The notes below the pieces were generated by a model, which made no database searches, was not told the DNA's origin, and saw only the letters and a list, made by a program, of their open reading frames with translations. A DNA stretch of 63,800 nt, filler included, from Actinobacteria bacterium UBA7524 (lineage in GTDB: Bacteria > Actinomycetota > Coriobacteriia > Anaerosomatales > UBA912), in assembly GCA_002478275.1 (NCBI GenBank). It is 5 parts of 4 records of this genome, joined end to end, with 100 filler letters (N's around TTAATTAATTAA, not from the genome) between each part and the next. Parts side by side here need not be neighbours in the genome. Positions count along the whole stretch, not along the records: positions 43,056 to 63,800 come from DLMY01000004.1; 4 more parts are not named here. One strand, written 5' to 3'. Below are positions 58,805-63,800 of this stretch, in pieces. Numbering within the stretch: the stretch's first letter is position 1; the number at the start of each line of letters is the position of its first letter. The translations under genes and the position numbers were made by a program.

Positions 58805-61673
58805 ATGGTCCGGCAGTCGGGGCCACGGAGTGCGAGGGCGGAGGCCGGCTCTGCTGTTGCGGGGCCGGCCCGGGAAGGCGCAGCCCCGTATTGGTCGCTG
58901 CCTCACGAGGCGGTGGCGAGCGCGCTGGGCTCCGGCGAGGTCGGTCTTTCGGCCGATGAAGCGCGTCGGCGACTCGCCGCGAACGGTCCGAACTCGCTTC
59001 CCGTGCATCGTGGAGCACGGGGATTGCGGCTCTTCATCGCCCAGTTCACGAGCCCCATCGTGCTCATACTCATCGGAGCAACGGTCGTCTCGCTCCTGCT
59101 CGGCGACGTCATCGACGCCCTCATCATCCTCGGCATCATCGCTGCCAGCGGTACTCTCGGGTTCTGGCAGGAGCACAGCGCGGGAAGGGCCGTCGACGCG
59201 CTCACGTCGCAGGTGCAGCCCATGACGCACGTGCTGCGTGATGGGCTGGACACGGAGATCCCCACCGACCAGCTGGTCGTCGGCGACGTCGTGCTGCTGA
59301 CTCCCGGCAGCGTCGTGCCAGCGGACTGCCGCGTGCTGACATCGACAGGGCTGCTGGTCGATGAGTCCGTGCTCACCGGTGAGTCGTACCCGGTGGCCAA
59401 GAACGGTGAGGCGGTCGCACAGGACGCGCCGCTGTCCGCCAGAACGAGTGCGGTGTTCATGGGGACGCACGTGCTGACGGGGACCGGTTCGGCACTGGTG
59501 GTCCAGACCGCGACCGCGTCCGAGTTCGGACGGCTCTCAGCCGAGTTGCGCGGGCGCGACGTGACCACCAGCTTCGAGCGTGGCGCAACCAGCTTCGGCA
59601 TGATGCTCGTCCGCGCGATGACGGTGCTTGTGGCCGCCGTGCTGCTGCANNNNNNNNNNNNNNNNNNNNNNNNNNNNNNNNNNNNNNNNNNNNNNNNNNN
59701 NNNNNNNNNNNNNNCCGCCCGCGGCGTCGGCGCCGCCGCCGCGTCCCCGCGAAGCTCGTCGCCAGCGGCGCCATCGTGGCCGCCGTGCTGCTGATCAACC
59801 TTGCGCTGCACCGGCCGCTGCTGGATGCGCTCCTGTTCTCGCTGGCGCTGGCCGTCGGCCTGACCCCTCAGCTGCTGCCGGCGATCGTTGCCGTGAGCCT
59901 CTCCAAGGGCGCGCAGATGATGGCCGCCGAGAAGGTCATCGTCCGGCGTCTGGACGCGATAGAGGACTTCGGCTCGATGACCGTGCTGTGCACCGACAAG
60001 ACCGGNNNNNNNNNNNNNNNNNNNNNNNNNNNNNNNNNNNNNNNNNNNNNNNNNNNNNNNNNNNNNNNNNNNNNNNNNNNNNNNNNNNNNNNNNNNNNNN
60101 NNNNNNNNNNNNNNNNNNNNNNNNNNNNNNNNNNNNNNNCGACAAGACCGGCACGCTGACGGAGGGTTCGGTGCGGCTTGATGCCGCACTCGACCTCACC
60201 GGGGCCGCGAGCGACACGGTCCTCAGGCTTGCGTGGCTGAACGCCTCACTGCAGCGCGGCTTTCCCAACCCGCTCGATCTCGCGATCACCGGGGCGGCGG
60301 GCATTCGCGACCAGGCCGAGCTGCTCGGCGAGGTTCCCTACGACTTCCAGCGCAAGCGTCTGAGTGTGTTGGTGCGCGACCGGGGCGAGGCCGTGCTGAT
60401 CACCAAAGGCGCTTTCGATCGTGTCGCCGATGTCTGTGTCAGCGCTGAGATGGCGGACAGCACGGTACCCCTGTCCGTCGTGCTGCCCGAGGTCGAGCGC
60501 CTGATCGAGGAGCTGACGAGTCGCGGTCTGCGCGTGCTCGGAGTGGCCACCAAGGCGCTTGGGGACGAGGCCGCGGTGACCGAGGCTGACGAGTCGGGGA
60601 TGGTCTTGCGGGGCCTGCTGTCCTTTGCCGACCCGCCGAAGGACACCGCGGCGCAGGCTGTGTCCGAGCTGCGTGAACTTGGCGTCTCTGTCGTGATGAT
60701 CACGGGAGACAGTCGACTGGCGGCTCGGCACACTGCCGCCGCGGTCGGCCTGCCTGTCGATGATGTGCTCACCGGCGACGAGATCAGCCGGCTGTCAGAC
60801 GAGTCGCTGCGCGACGCTGTCAGGAAGACCCGGGTGTGCGCCGAGGTCGAGCCGCTGCAGAAGGAGCGGATCGTGCGGGCGCTCAGCATGGCAGGCGAGA
60901 GCGTCGGGTTCCTCGGCGACGGCATCAACGACGCGGCGGCGCTGCACGCGGCAGACATCGGGATCTCGGTCGACACCGCCGTCGAGGTCGCCCAGCAAGC
61001 GGCTTCCATCGTGCTGCTCGACAAGAGCCTCGGCGTCGTCGCCGACGGCATGCGCCTGGGCCGCAGGACGTTCGCCAACACGCTCAAGTACGTGCGCGTC
61101 ACCATCAGCGCGAACTTCGGCAACGTCCTCAGCATGGCCGCCGCATCCGCCTTCCTGCCCTTCCTGCCCCTGCTGCCGACGCAGATCCTGTTGCTCAACT
61201 TCATGTCCGACATCCCCGCGCTGACCATATCGACCGATGCGGTGGATCCGGAGCAGACGCTCGCGCCCGAGAGGTGGGATATTCGGGAGATCCGGCGGTT
61301 CATGGTCTCGTTCGGCCTTCTGTCCTCGCTCTTCGACATCATGACGTTCGCCGTGCTGCACTTAGGGTTCCGGGCGCAGGCCGGTCTGTTCCGCAGCGGA
61401 TGGTTCGTGGAGTCGACGGTCACCGAACTCGCCGCGATGCTCGTGTTGCGCACGATGAGGAGGTTCCACCAGAGCCGGCCGAGCAGGGCGTTGGCCATGT
61501 CGAGCCTGGGCGTTCTGATCGTCACGGTGGCGCTTCCGTACTCGCCTTTGGCCAAACCGCTCGGTCTCGTGCCTGTCCCGGTTCTGATGCTGCTCGCGCT
61601 CGGTGCGCTCACCGCACTGTATGTGCTGTCGAACGAGATGCTCAAGGACAGGTTCTACCGTCCTCGTGGGTGA
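58805..61673 (+). CDS. mgtA: Magnesium-translocating P-type ATPase (gapped; start approximate)
   Basis: LTGES, AVGLTPQLLP, DKTGT, PYDFQRKR, FLGDGINDA, SANFGN, SGWFVES. Confidence 0.85.
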
Positions 61674-61828
61674 CGAGCGCGGGTCCTCGGCGCGCGCGCG
61701 GGCGTGACCCGGGGCAACACAAGAGCAACCGCAGCTCAGCGCCATCTTCACCATACGCGCGTCGCGAGGGAGTAGCCTGCGTAGCGGTGTTCCGATAGGG
61801 GCGCGGAATGCGGTGGGAGGTGAGTCGC

Positions 61829-61975
61829 ATGAGCAAGCGCACGGCACTGATGGTCGCCGTCGGCGCGGTGGTGTTCCTCGTGTTCGCAACTGTCTCGTTC
61901 GCCCACGCCGCCGACCAGCTGCGGATCCAGGACCAGCTGCGCGACCGGCTGCAGGACGGCAGTTGCTGCCTGTAG
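61829..61975 (+). CDS. Small secreted peptide (48 aa), not in the ORF track
   Basis: GGAGG RBS; MSKRTALMVAVGAVVFLVFATVSFAHA-ADQLRIQDQLRDRLQDGSCCL. Confidence 0.7.
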   Translation: MSKRTALMVAVGAVVFLVFATVSFAHAADQLRIQDQLRDRLQDGSCCL

Positions 61976-62508
61976 GTGGCGGCAGGAGGAGTAGGACGGG
62001 CGCTTGTGGGAGTCCCCGCGGGCGCCCGTCTCATCTGTCTGTGGTGGATCCATCCGTTCACCAAGCCATTGTTACTATCCGATACAATGTGGGTATACGC
62101 CACACATTGCTTGCCGAATCTGAAGGCGGGTGGCCGTGGCGGAAGCTCCTACACGCGATGACGGGGCCGCGTACGTGCGCGCAGAGCGAGTGATAGCGCT
62201 CGCTCGTCCGTCGGTGCGACCGCCGCGCGACCGCCTCGGCGACCAAGCCGGCGACCAACCTGACGAACAGTGTCTCACCGCTGATGTGTGGCGCTTGATG
62301 CCGATGACCCCCCGGGCCAGCTCCTTACGCTGGATGCCGGGGGTTCTTCGTGTCGGGGAGCGTAGTCCGCCTGCGCCGTGACCCGCCATCACCCGTGCGG
62401 CCCCGCGACGATGCGCGTGGCGGCTCCACGAACCATCACGAGGGCCCGACGGGCGCGGCACCTGTGCCGGCGAGTCGGGGACGCATGCGACAGGAGAGGT
62501 GAGGGAGT

Positions 62509-63800
62509 GTGAAAGCGCACGCGCGTCGTCTCATGGCATTGGCGATCGCGGTCGTCCTTCTCGCGGGCTCGAGTGCCGGAGTCGCGGCAGCGGGGCCGAC
62601 CGAGAAGGGCCGGATCGCCCGCCTGAAAGAGTACTACGCCGACAAGATGGAGAAGGCGAGAGAGCGCCAGGACCGGGTGGTGACTCAGGCGGACAGGGAC
62701 GTGGCGGCCTCCAACCTTGCGAAGAAGCTGGAGGAGCTGGGGTTGCCGTCTGACGCGGGACCCGAGGAGTACTTCGCGGCGATGGGCATGACCATGCCGG
62801 GACCGGGAGATGTTCCCGACTACTCGGGCATGACGCCCAACTGGGCGTACACGCCGCCGCTTCGGAAGTTCGTCGACGGACTGCCGGGGCTCGGGCCTGA
62901 GAACGCGAACAACCTCGGCCAGTACCTGTCGGTGGCGAAACCGGACACGGTCACGTACCCCGGGTCCGATTACTACGAGATCGAGCTCCGCGAGTACACG
63001 GAGCAGATGCATTCGGACCTGCCGCCCACCACGTTGCGCGGCTACGTGCAGGTCAACTACGGCACGGATGCCGAGGGCAACAACACGCTCGCGCCGGACC
63101 CGATCCACTACCTCGGGCCGACGATCATCGCTTCCAAGGACCGCCCGGTCCGCATCAAGTTCACCAACAAGCTCCCCACGGGCGAGGACGGCGACCTGTT
63201 CATCCCGGTCGACACCTCGGTGATGGGCGCGGGCATGGGGCCGCTCATGGAGGACGTGCCCGAGGGGATGCCGGTGAACTACTCCGAGAACCGGGCCACG
63301 CTGCACCTGCACGGCGGGCGCAGCCCGTGGATCAGTGACGGAACGCCGCATCAGTGGATCACGCCCGCGGGGGAGAACACGCCGTACCCGAAGGGTGTCA
63401 GTGTCGTCAACGTTCCCGACATGCCTGATCCCGGCGACGGGTCGATGACCTTCTATTACACCAACCAGCAGAGCGCCCGCCTGATGTTCTATCACGACCA
63501 CTCGTACGGCATCACGCGTCTCAACGTGTACGCGGGCGAGGCCTCCGGCTACATCCTTCAGGACGAGACCGAGCTCGACCTGCTCGCCAGGGGACTGATC
63601 CCCGAGGACCAGGTCCCGCTCATCATCCAGGACAAGACTTTCGTGGACGCCGCTACCATCGGGCAGACGGACCCCACATGGCAGTGGGGTACGGGTCCCG
63701 TTGTCGACGGCTATCCGGCACCGAAGACCGGTGACTTGTGGCTGCCACACGTCTACATGCCGGCGCAGAACCCCTACGACATCAGCGGCTACAACGCGAT
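62509..63800 (+). CDS. Secreted multicopper oxidase (3' partial; not in the ORF track)
   Basis: Manual translation gives a signal peptide, LRKFVDGLPGLG, TLHLHGG and LMFYHDH copper motifs; open to the window end. Confidence 0.88.
   Translation, partial: MKAHARRLMALAIAVVLLAGSSAGVAAAGPTEKGRIARLKEYYADKMEKARERQDRVVTQADRDVAASNLAKKLEELGLPSDAGPEEYFAAMGMTMPGPGDVPDYSGMTPNWAYTPPLRKFVDGLPGLGPENANNLGQYLSVAKPDTVTYPGSDYYEIELREYTEQMHSDLPPTTLRGYVQVNYGTDAEGNNTLAPDPIHYLGPTIIASKDRPVRIKFTNKLPTGEDGDLFIPVDTSVMGAGMGPLMEDVPEGMPVNYSENRATLHLHGGRSPWISDGTPHQWITPAGENTPYPKGVSVVNVPDMPDPGDGSMTFYYTNQQSARLMFYHDHSYGITRLNVYAGEASGYILQDETELDLLARGLIPEDQVPLIIQDKTFVDAATIGQTDPTWQWGTGPVVDGYPAPKTGDLWLPHVYMPAQNPYDISGYNA

Noticed and set aside
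59715..59775. Very GC-rich insert inside mgtA
   Set aside because: It sits at a gap edge and is followed by a repeat of the pre-gap sequence GTGGCCGCCGTGCTGCTG; probably a chimeric read end.
62110..62130. c-di-AMP (ydaO) riboswitch suggested by GCCGAATCTGAAGG
   Set aside because: The downstream conserved elements (GGGGxxAAT, CCCGTCAGCTAAC) are missing.
1..63800. CRISPR array, cas genes, rRNA
   Set aside because: No regularly spaced repeats with unique spacers, and no cas or rRNA signatures were seen.

Overview
High-GC bacterial draft sequence. The gene set (dnaX-ybaB-recR-ffs, lysC-asd, four-subunit pyruvate:ferredoxin oxidoreductase, GerMN/Gmad2 and PASTA proteins, multiheme cytochrome) suggests an anaerobic actinobacterium, probably Coriobacteriia (inference). 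The window is five contigs joined by artificial N-TTAATTAATTAA-N linkers (1-2508, 2609-12546, 12647-15806, 15907-42955, 43056-63800), so adjacency across linkers is not biological. Contigs 3 and 4 are mostly housekeeping and signalling genes. Contigs 1, 2 and the first part of 5 are defence or mobile DNA. Contig 1: an AbiE-like type IV toxin-antitoxin pair beside a tRNA-Glu 3'-end att remnant, bracketed by direct repeats. Contig 2: a tightly packed operon of vsr, PLD-SF2 helicase, small protein, CxC-hook SMC-like ATPase and DndE-like protein (PbeABCD-like), continued by a B12-binding radical SAM enzyme and an alphaCTD/sigma-region-4 protein. No DNA methylase or dnd genes are on this contig; it is my best candidate for an undescribed DNA-modification/defence system. 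Contig 5: a DUF1156 methylase / HEPN-DUF499 restriction-like locus with an MqsR-MqsA-SecB toxin-antitoxin-chaperone module nested inside it, followed by a ~2420-aa cold-shock + DEDDh + RecQ + UvrD fusion. All family calls come from motif recognition; no database searches were run.
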